From Spirochaetales bacterium Spiro_09 (GTDB lineage: Bacteria; Spirochaetota; Spirochaetia; Treponematales; Treponemataceae), in the NCBI GenBank assembly GCA_001604385.1, contig LVBK01000009.1, positions 23,195-87,194 on the forward strand: DNA of 64,000 nucleotides, given 5' to 3'. The position numbers and the translations under genes were made by a program. Position 1 is the first letter of the stretch, and each line of letters begins with the position of its first letter. Below the pieces are notes generated by a model. It searched no databases, was not told the origin of the DNA, and worked only from the letters and a program-made list of their open reading frames with translations. Positions 20,379-28,494 of this stretch are shown here, piece by piece.

Positions 20379-20985
20379 TCCCCAAGGCCAGTTCGACCCG
20401 CGTTTCCGCCCCGAATCCGGCATAGAGCGATGAAACCAGTTCCATCGCCCTCCCATCGGCCTCTTGCAAAAAACCTGACGTCTCAAGTTCGGATTCGATT
20501 CGTTCCTTGAACGCGGTAATTTCCTGTATCTTGAGTTCTGTGGTGATGGGTACAAATATGTTCTTGCGCAAGTCCCATATTTTCACCGTCGATATATCCA
20601 CGGTGTTTTCAAGAATGGTTGAACGGGGCAGGATAATGTGGACCGTGTTGTCATCGGCATTCCAGGTCGCCTGGATCAGCGACGCATCCGCGATTCCTGC
20701 CTTGAGCGATCCGGAAAAACGGATCAGGGACGAACTTTGTCCACCCACAATGAACCTGCGGTTCATCTCCATGACATCGGTATATCCGTACTCCAGAACC
20801 GAAAGCTCCGCAATGCGCGTCAGGGTTGTGGCGTTTAAATTCTCAAATGCTTTCCTTTTTTGTTCTTCTGTGCGGCGAACCGACATAATGCGGTAACCGG
20901 CAAAGAGGCCGCACAGCACGGCAAAAAAGAGAAGTGCAAGAACATTAAACCGGACCGGTGGAACTGATCGCACTTTTTTCTTCAT
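20371..20985 (-). CDS. DUF4230-like membrane-anchored protein
   Basis: N-terminal TM, 'IAELSVLEY.YTDV', 'GSLKAGI', 'ILPRSTIL'. Confidence 0.65.
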   Translation of the reverse strand: MKKKVRSVPPVRFNVLALLFFAVLCGLFAGYRIMSVRRTEEQKRKAFENLNATTLTRIAELSVLEYGYTDVMEMNRRFIVGGQSSSLIRFSGSLKAGIADASLIQATWNADDNTVHIILPRSTILENTVDISTVKIWDLRKNIFVPITTELKIQEITAFKERIESELETSGFLQEADGRAMELVSSLYAGFGAETRVELALGNE

Positions 20986-20993
20986 GGGCAGCC

Positions 20994-22334
20994 TTATGTC
21001 CCGACACCGAAATATACATAGCCAGCCGCTTCAACTTCGGCTCGCTTGTAGACGTTTCTGAGGTCGAAGAAAACCGGTTTTTTCAACAGTTCCTTTACAC
21101 GGGCCAGGTCAAGATTCCGGTACTGGTTCCATTCGGTCATCAACACCAGCGCGTCCGCGCCTTTGATCGTTTCATACTCATCATCAAAAAAAGACACGGA
21201 GTTTTTGACCGCTTCAAGACGCCAGGATGCTTCTTCACTGGCTGCAGGGTCGCAGGTTCGAATGGTAGCTCCCCGGGAGACAAGTCCTTCAATAATGGTG
21301 ATGGAGGGCGCCTCACGCATGTCGTCCGTGTTTGGCTTGAAAGCAAGTCCAAGAATGGCGATCGACTTTCCCGCAAGACTGCCGCTTCCACCCAAACCGT
21401 TTTCAATCTTGTCGATCATGGCCTTTTTCTGGTTTTCGTTTGCTTCTATAGTGGTTTCCACGATGGACAGGGGAGATTTCGCGTCCTGCGCGATTCGGGC
21501 CATTGCCTGGGTGTCCTTCGGAAAACAGCTGCCGCCATACCCGGGGCCGGGATGCAAGAATTTCGAACCGATGCGACCGTCGCGGCCCATTGCCTTGGCG
21601 ACATCCTGAACGTTTGCCCCGACTTTTTCGCAGAGATTGGCAACCTCGTTGATAAAGGTGATCTTGACCGCAAGAAAGGAATTCGAGGCATATTTTATCA
21701 TTTCTGCCGTTTCGATATTTGTTTCGATATACGGCGTCTCGTTAATATACAGCGCGCGGTATACGTCCTTCATCAGTTTTTTGGCCCGCTCGGATTCCGC
21801 ACCGATAACGACACGGTCGGGGTGCATAAAATCCTGTACTGCCGAGCCCTCGCGCAGAAATTCGGGATTCGAAACCACATCAAAGGCCATCTTTGCCGCT
21901 TCAGTTCCCCGCGCGGATAACTCGGAGGAAACCCATGCTTTTACCTTCTGACCGGTACCGATGGGGACCGTGCTCTTATCAACAATTACCTTATACCCGT
22001 TCATGGAGCGGGCAACTTCACGGGCAACCGCCTCGACATATTTCAGGTCGGCGCTGCCGTCGTCCGCGGGAGGAGTGCCGACCGCAATGAAGACAACATC
22101 GGACTTTCTGACCGCGTCGGCCATGTTCGTGGTAAACGAAAGCCGGCCAGATTCGACATTACGGGCGACAACGTCTTCCAGACCGGGTTCATATATGGGG
22201 ATTTCACCCTTCACAAGGCGCTCTATTTTCTGGGCGTTATTGTCAACACAGATTACCGAATTGCCGAAATCGGCAAGGCAGGCACCGGACACAAGACCCA
22301 CATAGCCGGTTCCGGCTACAGCTATTGTTGCCAT
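20994..22334 (-). CDS. ugd: UDP-glucose 6-dehydrogenase
   Basis: GTGYVG Rossmann motif, 'SNPEFLREG', catalytic 'GYGGSCFPKD', 'AFKPNTDDMRE'. Confidence 0.95.
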   Translation of the reverse strand: MATIAVAGTGYVGLVSGACLADFGNSVICVDNNAQKIERLVKGEIPIYEPGLEDVVARNVESGRLSFTTNMADAVRKSDVVFIAVGTPPADDGSADLKYVEAVAREVARSMNGYKVIVDKSTVPIGTGQKVKAWVSSELSARGTEAAKMAFDVVSNPEFLREGSAVQDFMHPDRVVIGAESERAKKLMKDVYRALYINETPYIETNIETAEMIKYASNSFLAVKITFINEVANLCEKVGANVQDVAKAMGRDGRIGSKFLHPGPGYGGSCFPKDTQAMARIAQDAKSPLSIVETTIEANENQKKAMIDKIENGLGGSGSLAGKSIAILGLAFKPNTDDMREAPSITIIEGLVSRGATIRTCDPAASEEASWRLEAVKNSVSFFDDEYETIKGADALVLMTEWNQYRNLDLARVKELLKKPVFFDLRNVYKRAEVEAAGYVYFGVGT

Positions 22335-23359
22335 GGTTTTCTCTCCTTATACCACATTGCAAAATGTTCAAGCCCGGTTTCCAGGGGCGTATATGGTTTC
22401 CATCCAAAATCCCGTTCAAGCGCTGTAGTATTTGCGGAAGTCATGTATACATCTCCCTGTTGCATTGGAAGATATTCCCTGACTGCCTTTTTTTCGAGCA
22501 CTTTCTCAAGGGTGGAAATAAAGTATTCCAGTTTTTCCGGTCTGGAATTACCAATATTGTATATGCGTGAGGGGCAGGAGGCAAGGTCGGCCGATGGAAT
22601 ATTGGCTGTTTCCTGCACAAGGGTAGTCGCGGCAGCTGGTTTGTTCGCTATCAGAATTACCGCCTGCACTACATCGTCAATATAGGTAAAGTCCCGCATC
22701 AAATCGCCGTTATTGAAAACCGATATGGGGCGGCCCGTCATTATCGCGTCCGCGAAAGAAAAATAAGCCATATCGGGCCGACCCATTGGCCCATAAACGG
22801 TAAAAAAACGCATACCGGTGACCGGAAGCCCGTATAAGTGGGCATAGGTGTGCGCCATCAGCTCGTTTGCGCGTTTGGTGGCAGCATACAGACTGACCGG
22901 ATGATCCACCGCATCGGACTCGCTGAATGGTACCTTTCTATTAAGGCCATATACAGAGGAACTGGAGGCATAGGCAAGATGGGGCACCTTATTATGACGG
23001 CAGGCCTCAAGTATATTTAAAAAACCTTCAATATTGCTCGCCGTATAGGCATGCGGATTGACCAGACTGTAACGAACTCCGGCCTGCGCGGCAAGGTGAA
23101 TGACACTGTCGAACGAGTATTCGCCGAATATCTGCGAGACGAGAAGAGGATCTTCAAGTTTTCCCCGAAAGAGCTTCCACCGGGAAGCGGGAGAAACTGG
23201 CGCAGAGGAATCAAGACTGGCAATCCGCTCTTCTTTGAGGTCCGTGCGGTAATAGTCATTGACGGAGTCGAGGCCAATAACGGTATGCCCTTCGGCAAGA
23301 AGGCGTTTGGTGACATGGTAACCGATAAAGCCCGCAGCGCCGGTAACAAGATATGTCAT
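22322..23359 (-). CDS. NAD-dependent epimerase (UDP-glucuronate 4-epimerase-like)
   Basis: GAAGFIG, 'HLAAQAGVRYS', 'ASSSSVYG', YAATK, 'RFFTVYGP.GRPDMA'. Confidence 0.9.
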   Translation of the reverse strand: MTYLVTGAAGFIGYHVTKRLLAEGHTVIGLDSVNDYYRTDLKEERIASLDSSAPVSPASRWKLFRGKLEDPLLVSQIFGEYSFDSVIHLAAQAGVRYSLVNPHAYTASNIEGFLNILEACRHNKVPHLAYASSSSVYGLNRKVPFSESDAVDHPVSLYAATKRANELMAHTYAHLYGLPVTGMRFFTVYGPMGRPDMAYFSFADAIMTGRPISVFNNGDLMRDFTYIDDVVQAVILIANKPAAATTLVQETANIPSADLASCPSRIYNIGNSRPEKLEYFISTLEKVLEKKAVREYLPMQQGDVYMTSANTTALERDFGWKPYTPLETGLEHFAMWYKERKPWQQ

Positions 23360-24465
23360 TGGATTTTTTTCTCCTTCATTGCGGCAAGCGCGTCCTTGAC
23401 CAGATTGCTTGATCCCCGCCGACTGACAAGGGCCTTTCCCTCATGTATCACGACAATAATATCATGTACATCGCAGAGAGCCACCGGTATATCCGAACGG
23501 ACAAAGCAATTGGAAGCAGACACCGATACCGTATTGGCCGGTAAATCGGGATAATATTCGGCCATAGAATCCCAGGTTCCCACATCATCCCATGAAAAAC
23601 CGGCTGTGACAGTCACGGATCGATCGCACTTCTCGCTGACCGCATAATCGATCGATATCGATGGAGATGCGGTATAGGCAGATTCGAGCCCATCCCAGGA
23701 ACGCATAACCCGGACACCCTGAACCTCTTCGATTGTGGACAAGCCGGAGGCCTTTCTGAAGGCATCCAGAAGGGCAGGGCAGTGTTTGCCAATCTCTTCC
23801 ATATAAAAGTCCGATCGAAACGCGTAAATGCCCGAATTCCAGTAATATGAGCCCTGTGAAAGATAAGCGGAGGCTGTATCGGCATCGGGCTTTTCACGGA
23901 AGGAATCCACGACATAGGCTGATGATGGAGTGCCATCAGGATTCGCAAGGCGTTCGCCTGCCTTGATGTATCCGTATCCGGTGGCAGGATGTGTCGGGAC
24001 GATGGAGAAAGATACAAGATTGTTTCGCGAGGCAAAAAGCGACGCAGTATGTGCGTCACGGGTAAACTGGTCCTGACTTTCAATAATGTGATCACTTGCC
24101 ATCAGAAGGATATTTGAATTGTCGGCTCTTCCTTCAACTTCCAGATGTCTGCAATACCAGGCAATAGCGGGCGCAGTATTTTTTCCGAAGGGTTCCCCCA
24201 TAATCAATACCTTTCCCGGCAAGTTCGGAAGCCCCATTTTTTTGGAAAGAGAGACTACCTCTTCCACTGCAAGGTCTATCCATGAGCGACGGGTAATAAT
24301 GCATATCGTCTCGCTTATGGACAGTGCTGCAGCTCGCTGGATGGCAGCCTGCAAAAAGCTGATACCGTCAGACAGTGCCATGAATTGTTTGGGTTTTCGG
24401 TCGTCCGAGACAGGCCACAAGCGCTCTCCCGATCCGCCGGCAAGTATTATCACGTCTGTAAACAT
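23356..24465 (-). CDS. manC: mannose-1-phosphate guanylyltransferase
   Basis: 'ILAGGSGERLWP.S...PKQF', 'EP.GKNTAPA', 'TGYGYI', 'FREKP', 'WNSG', 'SIDYAV.EK', 'WDDVG'; no PMI cupin domain. Confidence 0.92.
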   Translation of the reverse strand: MFTDVIILAGGSGERLWPVSDDRKPKQFMALSDGISFLQAAIQRAAALSISETICIITRRSWIDLAVEEVVSLSKKMGLPNLPGKVLIMGEPFGKNTAPAIAWYCRHLEVEGRADNSNILLMASDHIIESQDQFTRDAHTASLFASRNNLVSFSIVPTHPATGYGYIKAGERLANPDGTPSSAYVVDSFREKPDADTASAYLSQGSYYWNSGIYAFRSDFYMEEIGKHCPALLDAFRKASGLSTIEEVQGVRVMRSWDGLESAYTASPSISIDYAVSEKCDRSVTVTAGFSWDDVGTWDSMAEYYPDLPANTVSVSASNCFVRSDIPVALCDVHDIIVVIHEGKALVSRRGSSNLVKDALAAMKEKKIQ

Positions 24466-24469
24466 CTTG

Positions 24470-25000
24470 TTATTCTCCCGAAATTATTGATGCGATATGC
24501 GCAATTGACGGGGATGACTTGAATTGTTCATCCCTCATGTTTTCCGAAACAAAGACAAAGGTATCCTGGGGTATATGCTCTGGCCTCTCGTAACGCTCGA
24601 ACGGAAGACCGTTATGATGGGCCGCGTATTCAATAATAAAATCAATATCGCTTTTGCCGAGTAGGCCTACCCTGAGTATCCCGCGAGACTTGGCGTCACG
24701 GGTTATTGAATTGATTTGTTCTTTATAAAGTACAACCGTTTTGAGCGTGCTTTTCAGATACCGGTAGGTTCGTCTTCCCAGTTCATTCATACCGTCGGGT
24801 GTCAGAATATACGAAACCGTCCGTGAAGAGGCCTTTTGAATCAGGATTAGCCCCTTTTGGCTGAGACGCTTCAACAGGACATTTGTCATACCGAGCGATA
24901 AATTTATGGCCCGTGCCAGGTCACGCTGACTTATATCGGTGCGTTTACCGGTGAGATCTTTAATTGTTGAAAGGAGCAAATACTCCGAATCATTGTCCAT
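24470..25000 (-). CDS. winged-HTH (MarR-like, EPS-associated) transcriptional regulator
   Basis: 'SQRDLARAINLSLGMTNVLLKRL..KG' and 'YILTPDG'; first gene of the glycan operon. Confidence 0.85.
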   Translation of the reverse strand: MDNDSEYLLLSTIKDLTGKRTDISQRDLARAINLSLGMTNVLLKRLSQKGLILIQKASSRTVSYILTPDGMNELGRRTYRYLKSTLKTVVLYKEQINSITRDAKSRGILRVGLLGKSDIDFIIEYAAHHNGLPFERYERPEHIPQDTFVFVSENMRDEQFKSSPSIAHIASIISGE

Positions 25001-25084
25001 TTTCGATGGTTATCTGGTTTGGGAAAGGTATATCAGCCGGAGGAAAAATACCGCCGAAACAGGTTATTTTGTGCCGGATGTAAT

Positions 25085-25101
25085 TGTTCAATTTTTGAAC
25101 A
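25085..25101. promoter_or_regulatory. palindromic operator TGTTCAA-N3-TTGAACA over the predicted start site of the glycan operon
   Basis: Perfect 7-bp inverted repeat directly downstream of the minus-strand -10. Confidence 0.65.
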
Positions 25102-25129
25102 TTCTAGCATACGGCGTATGCAATTACAA
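25101..25129 (-). promoter_or_regulatory. sigma70-type promoter of the glycan operon
   Basis: TTGTAA (25129-25124), 17-nt spacer, TGc-TAGAAT (25106-25101). Confidence 0.7.
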
Positions 25130-25156
25130 GACCGTGTACAAAAACACTTCATCCTG

Positions 25157-25184
25157 TTGCAAGAAGCTGTTAATATGGTATGGT
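25157..25184 (+). promoter_or_regulatory. sigma70-type promoter of the aminotransferase-glgA unit
   Basis: TTGCAA, 16-nt spacer, TGg-TATGGT; SD AAGGAG at 25201. Confidence 0.5.
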
Positions 25185-25211
25185 AAAAGTATATACCTTC
25201 AAGGAGTTAGT

Positions 25212-26429
25212 ATGCCCGTAGCACCCTATATCAGCGATTGTATGGCAAGTTCGTCCTTTATCAGGAAAATGTTCGAAGAGGGTATCCAGATGAAGGCGCA
25301 GTTTGGCGCGGACAAAGTCTATGATTTCAGTATCGGAAACCCTGATCTGGAACCACCGGAGAAAGTAAAGAGACTGCTTTCCAGCCTGTCACAGTCCGCA
25401 GACAGGGGCATGCACGCGTATATGCCGAACGCCGGTTACCCCAAAACCCGGGAAGCCATGGCTGCCAAAGTTTCGCGAGAACAGGGTGTTCCCGTTGATT
25501 TTTCCCATATAATCATGGGCACAGGTGCAGCGGGGGCCATGAACGCCGTATTGAAAGCGGTGCTTTCGCCGGATAATGAGGTTATAGTACCCTCGCCATT
25601 TTTTCCGGAATATACCCATTATGTCAGAAATCACGGTGGGGTACTGAAAACTGTCCAGACAAAAAGCGACTTTTCTCTTGATACGGAGGCAATCCGTGCA
25701 GCCTTGAACGGAAAAACTGCCTGCGTCATCATCAATTCTCCGAACAATCCGACCGGAAAAATCTATTCCCGTCAGGATATTGCCAATCTCGCGCGGGTCC
25801 TGGCCGATCATGAAAGCAAAACAGGACGCACTGTTACACTCATTGCCGATGAACCGTACCGGGAAGTGGTCTATGACAAACGGGAAGTATCCCCCATTTT
25901 CCCTCTCTGGCCCGCCTCGGTCATTGTCACTTCTTTTGCGAAAAATCTGAGCTTGCCCGGGGAGCGAATCGGATTTACTGCGGTGAATCCTGCCTGTACC
26001 GATGCACGTTCCATGGTTGACGCCATTATTTTTTCTACCCGCATACTCGGCTTTGTCAACGCACCGGCTACCTTTCAGCGCGTGGTTGCCGAATGCTGGA
26101 ACGAGCCGGTCGACTATTCTTCATATGAAAGACGACGAAACAGTTTAACCTCAATATTGAATGCAGCCGGTATAGTGTATGCAGAGCCGGAAGGCGCGTT
26201 TTATCTGTTCTGTCGTGTACCACCCCGTAAAGACGGCTCGGGCGGTACTACTGACTCGCAAACCGGGGATGAAGGTGCTTTTTGCGAACACCTCAAGAAA
26301 TACCGTATACTTGGAGTACCAGGTAAAGGTTTCGGAAAACCCGGATGGTTTCGCCTCGCGTACTGTGTATCGCAGAGTTCAATAGAGGCATCCCGGGAAT
26401 CTTTCATAGAAGCATGTTCACAATGGTAG
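25212..26429 (+). CDS. PLP-dependent class I aminotransferase (aspartate aminotransferase-like)
   Basis: 'SFIRKMFEEG', 'DFSIGNP', 'INSPNNPTG', 'DEPYRE', 'SFAKNLSLPGERIG'; start at ATG 25212 after AAGGAG. Confidence 0.9.
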   Translation: MPVAPYISDCMASSSFIRKMFEEGIQMKAQFGADKVYDFSIGNPDLEPPEKVKRLLSSLSQSADRGMHAYMPNAGYPKTREAMAAKVSREQGVPVDFSHIIMGTGAAGAMNAVLKAVLSPDNEVIVPSPFFPEYTHYVRNHGGVLKTVQTKSDFSLDTEAIRAALNGKTACVIINSPNNPTGKIYSRQDIANLARVLADHESKTGRTVTLIADEPYREVVYDKREVSPIFPLWPASVIVTSFAKNLSLPGERIGFTAVNPACTDARSMVDAIIFSTRILGFVNAPATFQRVVAECWNEPVDYSSYERRRNSLTSILNAAGIVYAEPEGAFYLFCRVPPRKDGSGGTTDSQTGDEGAFCEHLKKYRILGVPGKGFGKPGWFRLAYCVSQSSIEASRESFIEACSQW

Positions 26430-26452
26430 CCTGAAACAAGGGGAGAGTCTTC

Positions 26453-27910
26453 ATGAAAATACTTATGGTAACCAGCGAGGCAGTACCGTACGCTAAAACC
26501 GGAGGTCTTGCGGATGCTGTTTCAGCCCTGTCGATTGCCCTCGAAAAACTGGGACACGATGTACGTATCATTATGCCGCGATACTATCGAATCGACAGAA
26601 GCAAGCTTGAGCATATTCCCGGCCCGATGGGCGTACATCCCGGATATCAGGAAATTTGGACCGGGGTCTACACAACAAAACTTCCCGGTTCAACCATTCC
26701 GGTATATTTCATCGACCATGAACACAGCTTTGGGCGCGACGGAATATACGGTGTTCCCGGAGAGACTGACTTTAACGACAACCCGCAACGGTTCTCCCTC
26801 CTGGGGCATGCGGCCTTCCAGCTGTGCAGAAAAATCCAATGGTATCCGGACATTATGCATTGTCATGACTGGGCTGCCGCGCTCCCGGCAATACTTTTAA
26901 AATGCACACATCGCCAGGGTGAATTTGCACGAACAGCAAGTGTCTTTACCATTCATAATATTGGGTACCAGGGCGTATATGGAAAACATTTGTATCCCTA
27001 TACCGGGCTTGGATGGGACCAATTTTATTCGGCAGGATTTGAAGACTGGGACAGAATGAATTTTCTGAAGGCAGCTTTAGTGTGCGCCGACAAGTTGACG
27101 ACTGTTTCACCCACCTACGCAAAAGAAGTCCAACGTCCCGAGTTCGGGTTCAGAATGGACGGTATACTGAGATACCGGTCTGCAGACCTGTTCGGCATTC
27201 TGAACGGGGTAGATACTACAATCTGGAATCCGGAAACTGACACCTATATACCCCAAAAATACTCGGTAAAAACACTGGAGAAAAAGAAAAAAAACAAAGC
27301 GGAACTGCAAAAGAAGATGGGTTTAAAGATAGATCCCGATGTACCCGTTTTCGGAATTATTACGCGTCTTGCCGATCAAAAAGGAGTGTCTGAGCTTTTC
27401 GGCCCTGCGTATGGATCGGCTTTCAAGATGTGCTCCGATATACATATGCAGATGGTTGTACTCGGATCAGGAGAAAAATGGTGCGAGGACGAACTGGTCT
27501 CCCTGAATCGGTCGCTACCTAACTTTTCAGCATATATCGGGTACGATGAGGGCTTGAGCCATCTCATAGAGGCGGGCAGTGATTTCTTTCTGATGCCGTC
27601 CAGGTACGAACCCTGCGGTTTAAATCAGATGTATTCCCTGCTGTACGGAACCCTGCCTATTGTCAGAAAAACCGGTGGACTTGCAGATACGGTAGAGAAT
27701 TACGATGAAAAGACAGGGGCAGGAACCGGTTTTGTCCTTGAGAATTTGACCCCTCAAAGCATTTATGACACGGTCGGATGGGCTACTTACGCCTGGTATA
27801 ACAAGAAAGAGCATATTCAAAAAATGCAGGAACGGGGAATGAAACAGCAATTTGGCTGGGAGGTCTCCGCGAAGAAATATGAGGATGTATATAAAAGCAT
27901 ACAAACTTGA
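26453..27910 (+). CDS. glgA: glycogen synthase
   Basis: KTGGLAD, 'HCHDW', 'TIHNIGYQG', 'RLADQKG', 'PSRYEPCGLNQMY'. Confidence 0.96.
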   Translation: MKILMVTSEAVPYAKTGGLADAVSALSIALEKLGHDVRIIMPRYYRIDRSKLEHIPGPMGVHPGYQEIWTGVYTTKLPGSTIPVYFIDHEHSFGRDGIYGVPGETDFNDNPQRFSLLGHAAFQLCRKIQWYPDIMHCHDWAAALPAILLKCTHRQGEFARTASVFTIHNIGYQGVYGKHLYPYTGLGWDQFYSAGFEDWDRMNFLKAALVCADKLTTVSPTYAKEVQRPEFGFRMDGILRYRSADLFGILNGVDTTIWNPETDTYIPQKYSVKTLEKKKKNKAELQKKMGLKIDPDVPVFGIITRLADQKGVSELFGPAYGSAFKMCSDIHMQMVVLGSGEKWCEDELVSLNRSLPNFSAYIGYDEGLSHLIEAGSDFFLMPSRYEPCGLNQMYSLLYGTLPIVRKTGGLADTVENYDEKTGAGTGFVLENLTPQSIYDTVGWATYAWYNKKEHIQKMQERGMKQQFGWEVSAKKYEDVYKSIQT

Positions 27911-27969
27911 CGGTATACAATCTGTCTTATGACAGTGAATATCCTGCTGGTCAACCAAGGAGAAAAGTA

Positions 27970-28494
27970 ATGTTCAGGTACATCAAGTCTTTTATTAAGG
28001 CCCTGAATGCAAATTCCCATCCCGGGGATATTGCGCATGCAGTCGCCGCCGGGCTTTTGTTGGCACTGGTTCCGAAAGCCAATCTTTTGTGGATCGCCCT
28101 GTTTGTATTATTTATGGTGATAAGAATGAACAAGGGCGCCTTTTTCCTGTCTCTCATTCTTTTGTCTTTGGCGGTTCCTGTTCTGGATACACCGCTAGAG
28201 CTGGCAGGGTACGCATTTCTGTCAATTCCTGCCCTGCACCCTCTTTTTGAAACGCTGTATCAGACGCCTTTTGTCGGATTGACCCGTTTCAATAACAGCC
28301 TGGTCATGGGCAGTTTTCTTGCTGGTTTACTCTTGTATATCCCGGTTTATTTTCTGTTCACCGCACTGGTTAAAGTATACCGAAACAAATTACACGGTAA
28401 AATAGTGAACAGCAAGCTGTATAAAATTTTCCTGAATCTGCCTCTTATCAAGCAAATAGCCAATGCGAGCGATCTGGGAGGAATACATTCATGA
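27970..28494 (+). CDS. TIGR03546/DUF2062-like membrane protein
   Basis: 'KALNANSHPGDIAHA', 'P..LTRFNNSLVMGS', hydrophobic; start at ATG 27970 after AAGGAG. Confidence 0.8.
   Translation: MFRYIKSFIKALNANSHPGDIAHAVAAGLLLALVPKANLLWIALFVLFMVIRMNKGAFFLSLILLSLAVPVLDTPLELAGYAFLSIPALHPLFETLYQTPFVGLTRFNNSLVMGSFLAGLLLYIPVYFLFTALVKVYRNKLHGKIVNSKLYKIFLNLPLIKQIANASDLGGIHS

Noticed and set aside
20379-20555. Long N-terminal extensions in the ORF track (also 24939-25211, 53117-53212, 3554-3622, 13212-13295)
   Set aside because: They overlap neighbouring genes or promoters, and downstream starts fit the SD, coupling or signal-peptide evidence better
20958-21920. 320-aa plus-strand ORF
   Set aside because: Antisense shadow of the well-conserved ugd, with no recognisable motifs
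25049-25055. ops/JUMPstart-like GGCGGTA on the minus strand in the glycan-operon leader
   Set aside because: It continues TTTTT rather than GnnTG, has no JUMPstart hairpin, and no RfaH/UpxY gene is in the window
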